DNA of 64,000 nucleotides from Polyangiales bacterium (GTDB lineage: Bacteria; Myxococcota_A; Polyangia; Polyangiales; JADJQN01), in contig CAXNJO010000003.1 of NCBI GenBank assembly GCA_964202905.1, positions 416,001-480,000 of the forward strand, in the 5' to 3' direction. Below, piece by piece: positions 51,809 to 60,823 of this stretch. A program made the position numbers and the translations under genes. The notes beneath the pieces were generated by a model. That model made no database searches and had not been told where the DNA came from. It was given only the letters and a program-made list of their open reading frames with translations. Positions within the stretch are counted from its first letter, which is position 1. Each line of letters opens with the position of its first letter.

Positions 51809-52429
51809 GGGCTGCACGCCAGGCGGAACACGCCGAAGAGGTCGCGTCCGGCGCTGTGCGCGGGCACGTCGCCGCCGCAGCGCTCGCCGGTGCTCGAGCT
51901 GCCGGCGCCCGCGAGGATGCGCGCCTCGAGCCCGCCCGACTCGAGGAACGAGACGTACAGCGTCGCGTCCTGACCGCATGGGGCTTCGGTGTCGAAGCGC
52001 TCCGGCGCGTCCTCGGCGCAGACGCGCACGGAGCCGTCCTCGGGGCCGCGCGTGCGGCGCACCGCGTAGAGCTTGTTCGCGAGGCGGCGCTCGCCGGGGA
52101 AGTCGAAGCGGCCGAGCAGATCGTGCTCGAGGGGCCCGACGATCCGCACGGGCGCGCAGTCGAACGCGCCGTCGCTCGTGGTGAGCAGCGCCTCGCTCGT
52201 CGCATCGCCGAGCGCGAGTCCGCGGCAGCGCTCGGGTACGAAGGGCCGGAAGGCGAGCTCGAGCGTCACGCTCTCGCAGAAGCCGCGCCGGATGAAGGCC
52301 GCGTCGCTCGTGCCGACGACGGCGCCGCGGCACACGCGGCCCGAGCCGGGCCCGACGGCCTCGAGGCTGGTGCAGCCGCCGAGCAGCGCGCACGAGCGCG
52401 GCGGCGAGGGCGGGGGTCGGTCGCGGCAC
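51805..52429 (-). CDS. Hypothetical lipoprotein (frameshift near 52390)
   Basis: VPRPTPALAAALV / ALLGGCTSLE... The stop overlaps the tsaD start (ATGA). Confidence 0.55.
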
Positions 52430-52460
52430 GGGCGCGAGCATAGCCGCAGCGCGCGCGGCG

Positions 52461-52665
52461 GGGCGGAGCGCGCGGCGCCCGACGAGCGGCGGAGCGCGCG
52501 CGGCGCCCGACGACGCGGCGAGGGCGGGCGCGCGGCGCCCGACGACGCGGCGGGGCGGTGCTGCCGCGTGCGCTCGACGACGCGGCGCCCGGCGCGCGGC
52601 GCGAGCGAGCGCGCGGCGCCCGACGGCGCGGCGCGGGCGGAGCGCGCGGCGCCCGACGACGCGGC
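52461..52665. repeat. Degenerate ~30-bp intergenic tandem repeat (core GCGCGCGGCGCCCGACG)
   Basis: Core at about 52468, 52496, 52528, 52609 and 52642, plus a decayed copy near 52570. Confidence 0.7.
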
Positions 52666-52712
52666 CGCGGCGCGGCACGCGCGCGGCCGCTGCGTGCAGT
52701 GAGGGCGCGCGC

Positions 52713-54551
52713 TCAGCGCCGGCGGCGGCGCCGGACGGCGAGCAGCGCGAGGACCGCGACGGCAGAGAGCACGGGGGCCGCCCCGCCGCGACCACCCGCC
52801 GGGATGCGGCAGCCGCAGCCATCGTCGTCGGCCGGGGGCGCACCGCCCGCGGCGGCCGGCGTGAGGCAGATGCCCGCGGTGCCATCGCCGAAGCGCACGC
52901 ACGCGTCACCCGCGCCGCAGGGGCTGTCGAGATCGCAGAAGCGCGTGCACAGGCCGTTGCCGAGCTCGCACAGGCCGGAGACGCACGCTTCGTTCGCGGT
53001 GCAGGGCTCGCCGAGCAGCCCGAGCGCGGGCGCGCAGACGCTGAGGTCGGGCCCGACCGGGTCGCACGTGAAGCCCGTCGGGCACTCGCCCGCGGCCGCG
53101 CACGTCACCGTGCACCAGCGCTCCGTGCCGCGCTGCGCGCAGACGGCGGGCGCCGCGCAGTCCTCGTTCGAGAGGCAGGGCCCGCCCGCGGGCTCGGCGG
53201 CCCCGCGGTGACAGAGCCCGTCCGCGAGGCAGCGGAAACCCGTGCCGCAGGCGGCGTCGTCGGCGCAGCCGCGCGAGCAGTGCGAGAGCGTGCCGACCGT
53301 GAGGCAGCGCGCGGAGAGACACTCGGCGTCGGACGCACAGGGCTCGCCGAGGCCGCGGGTGCTCGCGACGATCGCGGCCGGCACGCACGCGCCGCACGCG
53401 CCGGCGGCGGCCGCGCACGCCTCGCCGGTGACGCAGCCGCCCGTGTCTCCGCGGCAGGGCGCGAGACAGCGGCGGCGCCCGTCGCCCGGGTCGACGCAGG
53501 CGAGCGTGCCGCAGTCGGTGTCGGCGGTGCAGGGCGCGTCGTAGGGCGTCGTGCCCGCGGTCCCGGGCACGCAGCGCCCGTCGCAGCCCGCGGCGCCCGA
53601 GCAGTAGAGCCCCGGCGGGCAGCCGAGGTACGGCGTCACAGGGTCGCACGCCTGCGTGCAGATCTGGCCCGCGCTCGTCGCGTCGCAGAGGCCACCCACA
53701 CACGTCTCGCTCGCGGTGCAGGCGCTGCCGATCGGGGTGCAGCCCTCGTCGACGTCGCCGTCGCAATCGTTGTCGTCGCCGTCGCAGACCTCGTCGCCCG
53801 TCGGCACGCAGGAGCCGCTGTCGGTGATCGCCTGATCGATGAGGTCGAGGTACGGGTAGATCGCCGCGTACGCGCCCGGCGCGGTGCCGCAGCGGGGCGC
53901 GGTGCGGCCGTCCGGGCTGTAGATGAACGACGCGACGCCGTGCACCAGCCCGGCCGAGTCGAGGAGCGGGCCGCCCGAGTCGCCCGAGCACACGGACGGA
54001 TCGACGAAGATGAAGTTGCCCATCACGTACTCGACCGTGGTCGAGACGCGGTACTTCGTGCCGCTCGAGCCGTCGGGCAGCTCGCCGTAGCCGATGGCGG
54101 TGATCGTCTGGCCCGTCAGCCGGAAGGGACGCTCGCGCGAGTAGGCGATGGGCGCCTCACGCGCCGGCGTCGAGAGGATGAGGAGCGCGACGTCCGAGCC
54201 GTCCTCGATGTCCCACGAGCCGGGCGCGACGCGCACCTCCGACACGTTGTACATCGAGGAAAACGCGCGTGTGGAGCTGCCGACGTACACCTGGAAGCGC
54301 GACGCGGGCGAGGCCGAGTTCGTGTTCCCGTTGCGGACGCAGTGTTTGGCGGTGAGCACGACGCGCGGCGCGACGATCGACGCGGTGCACGCAGAGCCGC
54401 TGGTGTTGTAGAGAAACACGACGCTCGGATAGCCGGCCTCGCGCACGCCGGCCGCAATCGGCGCACGCGACGCGGAGAACCCCTCGCCCGCACCGTCGAA
54501 CGCGCAGCCCGCGAGGGCCGCGGCCGCGAGAGACACGGCGGCGAGCATCAT
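52713..54551 (-). CDS. Trypsin-like (S1) serine protease lipoprotein with Cys-rich repeats and MYXO-CTERM-like tail (paralog 2)
   Basis: LAGC; LTAKHC, DVALL, GDSGGP; CDGDDNDCDGDVDEGC; GCGC..TM..RRRRRR. Confidence 0.88.
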   Translation of the reverse strand: MMLAAVSLAAAALAGCAFDGAGEGFSASRAPIAAGVREAGYPSVVFLYNTSGSACTASIVAPRVVLTAKHCVRNGNTNSASPASRFQVYVGSSTRAFSSMYNVSEVRVAPGSWDIEDGSDVALLILSTPAREAPIAYSRERPFRLTGQTITAIGYGELPDGSSGTKYRVSTTVEYVMGNFIFVDPSVCSGDSGGPLLDSAGLVHGVASFIYSPDGRTAPRCGTAPGAYAAIYPYLDLIDQAITDSGSCVPTGDEVCDGDDNDCDGDVDEGCTPIGSACTASETCVGGLCDATSAGQICTQACDPVTPYLGCPPGLYCSGAAGCDGRCVPGTAGTTPYDAPCTADTDCGTLACVDPGDGRRRCLAPCRGDTGGCVTGEACAAAAGACGACVPAAIVASTRGLGEPCASDAECLSARCLTVGTLSHCSRGCADDAACGTGFRCLADGLCHRGAAEPAGGPCLSNEDCAAPAVCAQRGTERWCTVTCAAAGECPTGFTCDPVGPDLSVCAPALGLLGEPCTANEACVSGLCELGNGLCTRFCDLDSPCGAGDACVRFGDGTAGICLTPAAAGGAPPADDDGCGCRIPAGGRGGAAPVLSAVAVLALLAVRRRRRR

Positions 54552-54670
54552 GGCCGCACGGAGGCACGCCCCGGGGGAACCCGCTGCGTGCATGCCGGGG
54601 GCGCGCGGACGGGGCGTGCGCGACGACGCGGCGCGCGAGGGCTGCGGCGCGCAGCGGAGGCGCAGGACGC

Positions 54671-56548
54671 TCACCGCGCGCTCCGGCGGCGACGCTGGGA
54701 CGCGAGCGCGCAGAGGCCGACGAGCGCGGCGAAGGCGAGCCCGCCGCGCGAGGAAGGAAGGCCGGGCGCGGCGCTGCAACCGCCGTCGGCCTCCGGGCTG
54801 GGCGCGGCGGTGGGGCGCTCGCAGAACGCGCCCGCTCCGTCCGGCGTGCGGCGGCACTCGACGCCGACGCCGCAGGGCGTGTCCACGCTGCACGTGCGCG
54901 TGCACTCGCCCGCGCGGCACAGCCCGCTGAGGCACTCGGCGTCCGCGGCGCACGACTCGCCGAGCAGGCGCACCATCGGGCGGCAGAGCGTCGCGTCGCC
55001 CACGGGGACGCAGTCGAAGCCGGCCGGGCAGGCGTTCATCGGGTCCGCGCAGTTCAGCTGCGTGCACCAGCTGCGCCCCGCTTCCGACGCGCAGACCATG
55101 CCCTCGCGGCAATCGTCGTTGGCGGCCGGCGCGCACGTCGTGCCCGTGCCCTCGCGCTCGCCGCGCACGCACGCGTCCGCGCGGCAGTGGTAGGCGGAGG
55201 GGCAGTCCGCGTCGCTCGCGCAGGTGCGCGTGCAGTAGCGGGCTCCGAGGTCGTCGAAGCAGCGGCCCGAAGCGCACGCGGCGGCGCCCGTGCAGCCCTC
55301 GCCGAGCCCGCGCGGGATGACCAGCTGGCGCTGATCCACGCACGCCGCGCAGCCGCCGGCGGCCGCGGCGCAGGCCTCGCCCGCGGGGCACATCCCGTCG
55401 TCGGCGCGGCACGGATCGAGGCAGCGACGGTTGCCGTCGCCGGGGTCGCTGCAGAGCAGCGAGGCGCACTCGGTGTTGGTCGTGCATGTCGCGCCGTTCG
55501 ACTTCGCGACCTCGGGCGCGGGCCCGACGCCGGGCACGCAGAAGCCCTCGCAGCCGCCCGTCGGGTCCGCCGAGCAGTACATCCCCGAGGGACAGCCCGC
55601 GTAGGGGCGCAGCGGATCGCAGGTCTGCGTGCAGACCCGCCCGATCACCGTGGCCGCGCAGTTCGTGCCCTGGCACTGGTCGCTCGCGACGCACACGGCG
55701 CCGAGGGGCAGACAGCCCTCGTCGATCATGCCGTTGCAGTCGTTGTCGGCGCCGTCGCAGACCTCGAGGCCGTCGTTGCGGCAGGTGCCCGCCTCGTCGA
55801 GCGCCGCGTCGATGAGCGCGAGCGACATCGGGAACGAGATGGTGTTGTGGCCGTTGTAGCCGCTGCCGCACGCGCCCGTCCCGAAGGACGCGACACCGAA
55901 GACGCGCCCCATGGCGTCGATCATCGGGCCGCCGGAGTCACCCTGGCAGATCGCCGAGGCCGAGTAGATGACGTCGCCCGCGAGCCCGGTGACCGTGGTC
56001 ATGCCGCGGTACTTCGTGCCCGCATCGCCCGAGGGCAGCTGCCCGAAGCCGACGACCGTGACGCGGTCGCCGCCCGCGTCGGACGGGCGCTCGCGCCGGA
56101 TCGGCAGCGGCTCGACGCCCGCCACCGCGCGCTCGAGGGTCAGCACCGCGACGTCGCTGCCGGTGAGGCCGCGGAGGCCCTCGCTGTAACTCCCTGGCGG
56201 CGTGCGCACCGTGATGACGCGGTAGGAGGCCATCGGGCGCAGCGCGGAGGGCCCGATGCCGACCGAGAACGCCGACGGCGGGGACGCCGCAGCGGCCCCT
56301 TCCTCCTGCACGCAATGCTTCGCGGTGAGGACGACGCGCGGCGCGATGAGCGACCCCGTGCACAGCCCGCCGAGCGTGCGGTTGAGCACCGAGACGACGG
56401 CGTCGTAGCCCGGCTCGTACGCGCCGCCCGCGATGGCCCCGCCGCTGCCAGCGACCGGCTCGCCGAGCTCCGCGGCGCAGGCACCGAGCGAGAGCACGAA
56501 CAGCAGCGAAAAGAAAAGGGAAGATGGACGAACGGTCAAGCGCGACAC
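54671..56548 (-). CDS. Trypsin-like (S1) serine protease lipoprotein with Cys-rich repeats and MYXO-CTERM-like tail (paralog 1)
   Basis: LGAC; LTAKHC, DVAVL, GDSGGP; CDGADNDCNGMIDEGC; GGC..TM..RRRR. Confidence 0.88.
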   Translation of the reverse strand: MSRLTVRPSSLFFSLLFVLSLGACAAELGEPVAGSGGAIAGGAYEPGYDAVVSVLNRTLGGLCTGSLIAPRVVLTAKHCVQEEGAAAASPPSAFSVGIGPSALRPMASYRVITVRTPPGSYSEGLRGLTGSDVAVLTLERAVAGVEPLPIRRERPSDAGGDRVTVVGFGQLPSGDAGTKYRGMTTVTGLAGDVIYSASAICQGDSGGPMIDAMGRVFGVASFGTGACGSGYNGHNTISFPMSLALIDAALDEAGTCRNDGLEVCDGADNDCNGMIDEGCLPLGAVCVASDQCQGTNCAATVIGRVCTQTCDPLRPYAGCPSGMYCSADPTGGCEGFCVPGVGPAPEVAKSNGATCTTNTECASLLCSDPGDGNRRCLDPCRADDGMCPAGEACAAAAGGCAACVDQRQLVIPRGLGEGCTGAAACASGRCFDDLGARYCTRTCASDADCPSAYHCRADACVRGEREGTGTTCAPAANDDCREGMVCASEAGRSWCTQLNCADPMNACPAGFDCVPVGDATLCRPMVRLLGESCAADAECLSGLCRAGECTRTCSVDTPCGVGVECRRTPDGAGAFCERPTAAPSPEADGGCSAAPGLPSSRGGLAFAALVGLCALASQRRRRSAR

Positions 56549-56805
56549 GACGACGCCTCCAGCGGGGCGCCGGAGGTCGGCGCCGGGAGACGCTACACCC
56601 GCGCAGAGAAGCGCCGCAAGCTGGCGAATGGCCGCGGCGCGGGTGCCGCGCGTGCGTCGAAAGGCCGCGGCAGCCCGGCAGCGGGCCCCCCGCAGTCCAC
56701 GCCCCGTGCCATGACATCACGGGCACGACGCCTCGGCCACGGCGCCACGGCCACGACCTCGCGGTGCGGGCACAGGACGCCGCGCGGGCGCAGAGACGCC
56801 GCGCG

Positions 56806-59800
56806 CTACGCCGAGGCGAGGACGCCGCTGCGCCGACGTTCCATCGCCGCGCGCTCCCAACGCTCGCGGGCCTCGGCGTCGCCGGCGCGCGCCGCGAGCG
56901 AGGCGGCCTCGCGGTAGCGCGACGCGGCCTGCGCGGTGCGGCCCGAGAGTTCGTCGACCGAGGCGAGCGTGCCCAGCGCCGACGCGACGACCGCAGGCGC
57001 GTCGGCCTCGACGCCGAGCCGCGCGGCGCGCTCGAGGTGGGCGTTGGCGTGCTCGAGCTCGCCGAGGTCGAGGAGCACCTCTGCGAGCTCCACGAGCGCC
57101 GAGGCCTGCCGCGCGAGGGGCGCGTTCGCCTGGGCGAGCAGCTCCACCGCGCGACGGTGCGCCCCTGCCGCGCCGCGCTCGTCGCCCTCCTCGCGCCGGA
57201 CGCGGCCGAGCGCGGCCTGCACCTCCGCGGCGACGCGCAGATCCGCGTGCCGCGTGGCGAGATCGAGCGCCTCGCCGAGGAGCCGCACCGCGTCGCGATG
57301 GCGCTGCCGCCGCGCCGCGACGCGACCGAGGACGAGCAGCATCCGAGCGCGCTCGAGGCCGTCGCGCGGCGTGAGATCGAGGGCCTCGCGCACGACGCCG
57401 TCCGCGCCCGCGCTGTCGCCGCTGAGGTCGAGCGCGTCGCCGAGTTTGCGGCTGAACGTCGCGATCGCGCGGTCGAGCGTGGTGTCGCCCGTCTCGAGCA
57501 GCGTGCGCCGCGCGAGGTCGAGGCCGCGGCGCAGCGCGAGCACGGCCGTCGCGGCATCGCCGCGGGCGAGCGCGCGATCGCCCATGCGCTCGAGCAGGAC
57601 GAGCGCGCCGACCAGCTCCCCGGCGCGGTAGGCGTGCTCGGCCCGCACCTCGAGCGGCGCCTCGGCCTCGATCGCGAGCTCGAGCGCCCGCTCGTGGAGC
57701 CGCCGCCGCGCCTCCGCGGGGACGGACATCGCGACGAGGTCGCGGACGAAGAGGCTGCAGATCCCGAGGGAGTCGCCCTCGAGCCGCACGAGGCCGCTCG
57801 TACAAAGCGCCTCGAGGCCGACCCGATCGCGCTCGTCGACCATCGCGCGGACCATCGCGACCGGAGCGCGCTCGCCGAGCACCGCGGCGGCCTGCAGCAT
57901 CCGGCGCGCGGGCAGCGTGAGCCGCTCGAGGCGCAACAACACGGCGTCAGCGAGCCGCATCGGGAGGCGCACCGCATCGGTCTCGAGCGTGAGACCGAGC
58001 GCGCGCAACTGCTCGAGGTAGAGCGGCAGATACCGGATGTCGCTGGCGTCCGCGGCCGCGGGGACCGGGGTCACGGCGCCGCCTCCGAGGAGCCGCGCCG
58101 CGTCGGAGGGGCCGAGTCCCGCGAGGGCGATCGACGTCGCCCCACGCGCGAGGGCGGGCGGAGCCGGTCGCTGCGAGGCGGTGACGAGGAGCAGCGCGGC
58201 GTCACCGACGAGCCGCGGGAGCTCGGCCAGCACCTCGCGCGAGAGTTCGTCGCACGCGGCGAGGTCGTCGACGAGCAGGACGACGCGCCCCGTTCGCGAG
58301 CGGCCCGCGGCCACGCGCACCGCCGTCGCGAGCATCGCCGCCACCGCCGTGGGCCGCGCCTTGCCGTTTGTTCCCGCGAGCCCCGTGGGCGCGAGCAGCT
58401 CCGCGAGGCCGGCCCGCGTCAGGGCATCGACGAACACCCCGGCGTCACGGCCGACGAGCTGCTGCAGGCGCTCCGGCGCGGCGTCGAGGAGGGTCTCCAC
58501 GAGCGTGCGGATGGGGGCGTAGGGCACGAGCGCACCGCTCGGGTGCGGCCGTCCGAGCGCGACCTGATCGCCCTCCCCCGCAGCGAGCGACGCGACCCAC
58601 GAGAGCAGGCGCGTCTTGCCCACGCCCGCGTCGCCCTGCACGTGCGCCCACACGACCGCGCCGCTGGCTTGCGCCCTCAGCGCCTCGAGCAAGGCGATCT
58701 CCTCCGTGCGCCCGATCGGGACGCCGCATCGGGCCGAGGCCTCGCTGCGGGTCGCGGGCAGCGGCGTGTGCTGCGCGGACACGAAGACGACCGTGAGTCG
58801 GGCGCCGCACTCCGCGCAGAAGCGGCTCATGACGGGGCTCGGCTGGCCGCAGGTGGAACACGGAGCCTCGAGCCCCGGCGCCAGCGCGCGCTGGGAGCCG
58901 AGCGCGCGCTGGAGCGCTTCGGCCATCGCCTCGGCGCTCTGGAAACGCTCGTCCGGAACCTTCGCCATCGCCCGCATGCACACCGACGCGAGCGCCGCCG
59001 GGATGTCGCGCGAGGGCGCGACGGCGCGCGGATCCGGCACCGGATCCGTCATGTGCCTGAGCACGACTTTCGTGGGCGTGTCGTCCACGTACGGGAGGCG
59101 GTCGGCCAACAGTTCGAAGAGCAGCACGCCGACCGAATAAAGGTCACCGCGGCCGTCGGTCTCCTCGCCACGTCCCTGCTCGGGGGACATGTAGTCCGGC
59201 GTCCCGCACACGAGGCCCGGCGAGGTGATCGACGAGCTGCGCGAGTTGCCCATGAGCTTCGCGAGGCCGAAGTCCACGACCTTGACGGAATCCGCACCCT
59301 TGCGCCCCGGCTCGAGGAGCACGTTCTCCGGCTTGAGGTCGCGGTGGACGACGTCGAGCGAGTGCGCCTCCCCGAGCGCCGCGAGCACGCCGCAGAGGAT
59401 GTCGACGATCCGCGGGAAGGGGAGCGGCCCCTCCTCGTGCATGACGCGGGCGAGGTCCTTGCCGCGCAGGTACTCCATCACGAGGTAGAGGACGCCGTCT
59501 TCCGTCCGCCCGAAGTCGATGACCCCGACGGAGTTCGGATGGTTGAGACGGCTCGCGGTGCGGGCCTCGGAGTAGAAGCGTGCCACCGACTGCTCGTCAC
59601 CGAGCAGGTGCGGGTGCACGACCTTGATGGCCACCGTGCGGCCGAGCATGCTCTGCTCCGCGCGGTAGACGCGCCCCATGCCGCCGACGCCGACCAGCTC
59701 GAGGACGACGTACGCGCCACCGATCGTCCGCCCGATCAGCGCGTCCTGGGGGGTAGCGCCGCCAACCGGGTACGCGCTGCCGCACCGAGCGCAGAAGCGA

Positions 59801-59856
59801 TCGGCGTCACCCATGCCCTCCCCGCACCGTTGGCACGCACGCACGCGTCCGTCCAT
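56806..59856 (-). CDS. Zinc-ribbon / Ser-Thr kinase / zinc-ribbon / AAA (STAND-like) ATPase / TPR protein
   Basis: CQRC..CARC; GVGGMGRVY, HRDLKPEN, DFG, YMSPE; CSTC..CAEC; Walker A GDAGVGKT; LLVDD; TPR-like tail. Confidence 0.9.
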   Translation of the reverse strand: MDGRVRACQRCGEGMGDADRFCARCGSAYPVGGATPQDALIGRTIGGAYVVLELVGVGGMGRVYRAEQSMLGRTVAIKVVHPHLLGDEQSVARFYSEARTASRLNHPNSVGVIDFGRTEDGVLYLVMEYLRGKDLARVMHEEGPLPFPRIVDILCGVLAALGEAHSLDVVHRDLKPENVLLEPGRKGADSVKVVDFGLAKLMGNSRSSSITSPGLVCGTPDYMSPEQGRGEETDGRGDLYSVGVLLFELLADRLPYVDDTPTKVVLRHMTDPVPDPRAVAPSRDIPAALASVCMRAMAKVPDERFQSAEAMAEALQRALGSQRALAPGLEAPCSTCGQPSPVMSRFCAECGARLTVVFVSAQHTPLPATRSEASARCGVPIGRTEEIALLEALRAQASGAVVWAHVQGDAGVGKTRLLSWVASLAAGEGDQVALGRPHPSGALVPYAPIRTLVETLLDAAPERLQQLVGRDAGVFVDALTRAGLAELLAPTGLAGTNGKARPTAVAAMLATAVRVAAGRSRTGRVVLLVDDLAACDELSREVLAELPRLVGDAALLLVTASQRPAPPALARGATSIALAGLGPSDAARLLGGGAVTPVPAAADASDIRYLPLYLEQLRALGLTLETDAVRLPMRLADAVLLRLERLTLPARRMLQAAAVLGERAPVAMVRAMVDERDRVGLEALCTSGLVRLEGDSLGICSLFVRDLVAMSVPAEARRRLHERALELAIEAEAPLEVRAEHAYRAGELVGALVLLERMGDRALARGDAATAVLALRRGLDLARRTLLETGDTTLDRAIATFSRKLGDALDLSGDSAGADGVVREALDLTPRDGLERARMLLVLGRVAARRQRHRDAVRLLGEALDLATRHADLRVAAEVQAALGRVRREEGDERGAAGAHRRAVELLAQANAPLARQASALVELAEVLLDLGELEHANAHLERAARLGVEADAPAVVASALGTLASVDELSGRTAQAASRYREAASLAARAGDAEARERWERAAMERRRSGVLASA

Positions 59857-59931
59857 ACGGCCCCCAGCCGGAGAACTTGAGGCTCCCCGCGAGAGGTCGC
59901 CGCAGGTCGGCCGTGCGCAAGCGGGGCGGCG

Positions 59932-60732
59932 GTGAGCGCAGCGGACACGAAGCGGCCCGCACGCCTCGCGGACGCCGGCAACGGAATGCCCCCGGATGGG
60001 GACACGACCCGCCGCGACGTGACACGGATCGCGCTGCTCGGACTCAACGCGTGGGCGGTCGCGCTCGCGATCCCCGTCCTGCACGCGGCGGGCGGATCGA
60101 CGGCGGCGCGGGTCGCCGCGCTCCTCGGCCCCCTCGTCGCGCTGGCGCTCGGGGTGCTCGCGCTCCGCGGTGGCCACCGCGCGGCGCCGAGCGCGCTGCT
60201 CGTCGGCTTCCCGACCGCGCTCGCGCTCGCGCTCGGCACCCGCGCGGAGCTGCACGGCGCGGACGGCCACACCCCGCTCACGCTCGTCGCGGCGACGCTG
60301 AGCTTCGTCGCGTGGGGCGCCGCGGCCGCGCGCGCGGTGGGACGGCCGCCCCGCACGCGCGTCGCGACCCGCGAGCCGCTCGGACCGCGCGCCGAAGCGG
60401 TCCCAGGGAGTGGACGTCGGACGGCCGCTCGCCGGGCGCTCCTCGGGATCACGGCGCTCGGTGCGCTCGCGATCGTGTCCGTCGCCCCGACCCTGACCGG
60501 TGGCGGGGACGCCGAGCGTGCCTGGGGCGACGCCGCGGCCGAGGGCGCGCTGCTCGCCACGGTGACGGGGGGCGCCCTCGCGACGCTCGTGCTCGCGCTC
60601 TTCGTCGGGCCGGCCCTGCGCGCGCCGCGTGGACCGCGCGGCACCCGACCCTCGCTGCTCCGCGCCGGGCTCGCGGTCGTCGCCTTCGCGACGGGGATCG
60701 CGGCGTGGGTCGTCTACGCGCGGTTGCGCTGA
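59932..60732 (+). CDS. Hypothetical multi-TM membrane protein
   Basis: About 7 hydrophobic segments. Start uncertain. Confidence 0.6.
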   Translation: MSAADTKRPARLADAGNGMPPDGDTTRRDVTRIALLGLNAWAVALAIPVLHAAGGSTAARVAALLGPLVALALGVLALRGGHRAAPSALLVGFPTALALALGTRAELHGADGHTPLTLVAATLSFVAWGAAAARAVGRPPRTRVATREPLGPRAEAVPGSGRRTAARRALLGITALGALAIVSVAPTLTGGGDAERAWGDAAAEGALLATVTGGALATLVLALFVGPALRAPRGPRGTRPSLLRAGLAVVAFATGIAAWVVYARLR

Positions 60733-60823
60733 CGCCGCGTCCCGGGGCGCGCCACGGCGGGAAGCGCCGGCCGCCCGCCTCGGGGGAGCGCGCGCCCGAA
60801 AAGCCCGTGGAGCACGGGGGCTG

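Noticed and set aside
52461..52665. CRISPR array interpretation of the repeat cluster
   Set aside because: Linkers are only about 5-15 nt and irregular, repeats are degenerate, and no cas genes or leader are present.
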